Positions 63,160 to 64,000 of a DNA stretch of 64,000 nucleotides are shown one piece after another. The stretch is taken from positions 68,016,001-68,080,000 of the forward strand of contig NC_086097.1 of the NCBI RefSeq assembly GCF_963921235.1, given 5' to 3'. Source of the DNA: Mobula hypostoma (taxonomy: Eukaryota). The first letter of the stretch is position 1. Each line of letters starts with the position of its first letter. The notes beneath the pieces were generated by a model. The model did not search any database. It was not told the origin of the DNA and saw only the letters and a list, made by a program, of their open reading frames with translations. The position numbers and the translations under genes were made by a program.

Positions 63160-64000
63160 AAAGAGACCAGGGAAGAAAGGAAAGGGGGAGGAGCACCAGA
63201 GGGAGGTGATGGGCAGGTAAGTAGGTAAGATAAGAGGGGGAAACAGGAATGGGGAGTGGGGGGGGGGCAATTACCAGAAGTTAGAAAAATCAATGCTTAT
63301 TCAATCAGGTTGGAGGCTACCCAGGCGGAGTACAAGATGGTTGCTCCTCCAATTTGAGTGTGGCCTCATCATGGCAGTATAGGCCATGGACTGACATGTC
63401 AGAATGGAAATGGGAAGTAGAGTTGAAATGGGTGGCCACCAGGAGATCACACTTTTTGTGGCGGATGGAGCAAAGGTGCTCAGTGAAGCAGTCCCCCAAT
63501 CTAAGTCGGGTTTCACTGATATATCGGAGGCCACACTGGAAGCACTGGATATAGTAGATGATCCCAGCTGGATAATTATAGTAGATGTCACCTCACCTGG
63601 AAGGACTGTTTGGGGCCCTGAATAGTAGTGAAGGAGGAGGTGTAGGGACAGGTGTGGCACTTGTTCCGCTTGCAAGGGTAGATGCTAGCAGGGAGATCAG
63701 TGGGAAGCGACAAGTGGACTAAGGAGTTGTGTAGGGAGCAAGCCCTGCAGAAAGTCCTTCTCTTTCTTCCATGGTCATTTGTTCTATTCTATCAGATTCC
63801 CCCTTCTCCAGCCCTTTACTTCTTTCATCAATCAACTTCCCCCAGATATTTACTTCACCCCTCCCCCTCTCAGTTTCACCTATCACCTGCCACCCTGTAC
63901 TTCTTGCTTCTCTCCTCCCACCTCCTTACTCTGAGTTCTCCCCTTCCTTTTCAATCCTGATGAAGGAACTCAGAACGGACCACTGACTGTTTACTTTTTT
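63160..64000. mobile_element. Another inverted PLE pair (minus arm ~63160-63754, plus arm 63755-64000)
   Basis: Minus arm encodes CFTEHLCSIR..ATHFNS..LGSLQPD; plus arm is the pyrimidine-rich PLE 3' region ending in CCTGATGAAGG..GACTG. Confidence 0.82.

Noticed and set aside
1..64000. CRISPR arrays, rRNA or tRNA genes, prokaryotic operons
   Set aside because: None seen; the window is eukaryotic intronic DNA.

Overview
Vertebrate genomic DNA; the repeat repertoire (CR1, Rex1/Babar-type, Penelope-like, fish-type L1, Gypsy) suggests a cartilaginous fish, which is inference. The only host coding sequence I can support is one 90-nt minus-strand exon (26858-26947) encoding part of the PAS-A domain of an NPAS1/NPAS3 (trachealess-family) bHLH-PAS factor, so the rest of the window is probably two very large introns. 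These are filled with nested retroelements: a full-length L1 with both ORFs intact and a 14-bp TSD; a full-length decayed Gypsy element with 288-bp LTRs, a 4-bp TSD, a tRNA-Trp PBS and a -1 frameshift signal; a solo LTR; many CR1, Rex1 and RTE fragments; and Penelope-like elements (PLEs) that recur as fold-back inverted pairs with minimal hammerhead ribozyme motifs. The most notable observations are the 1.64-kb palindromic PLE with hammerheads in both arms, and a 17-bp inverted match between the L1 5' terminus and its inter-ORF spacer. Boundaries of old fragments are approximate and all identities are by-eye counts.
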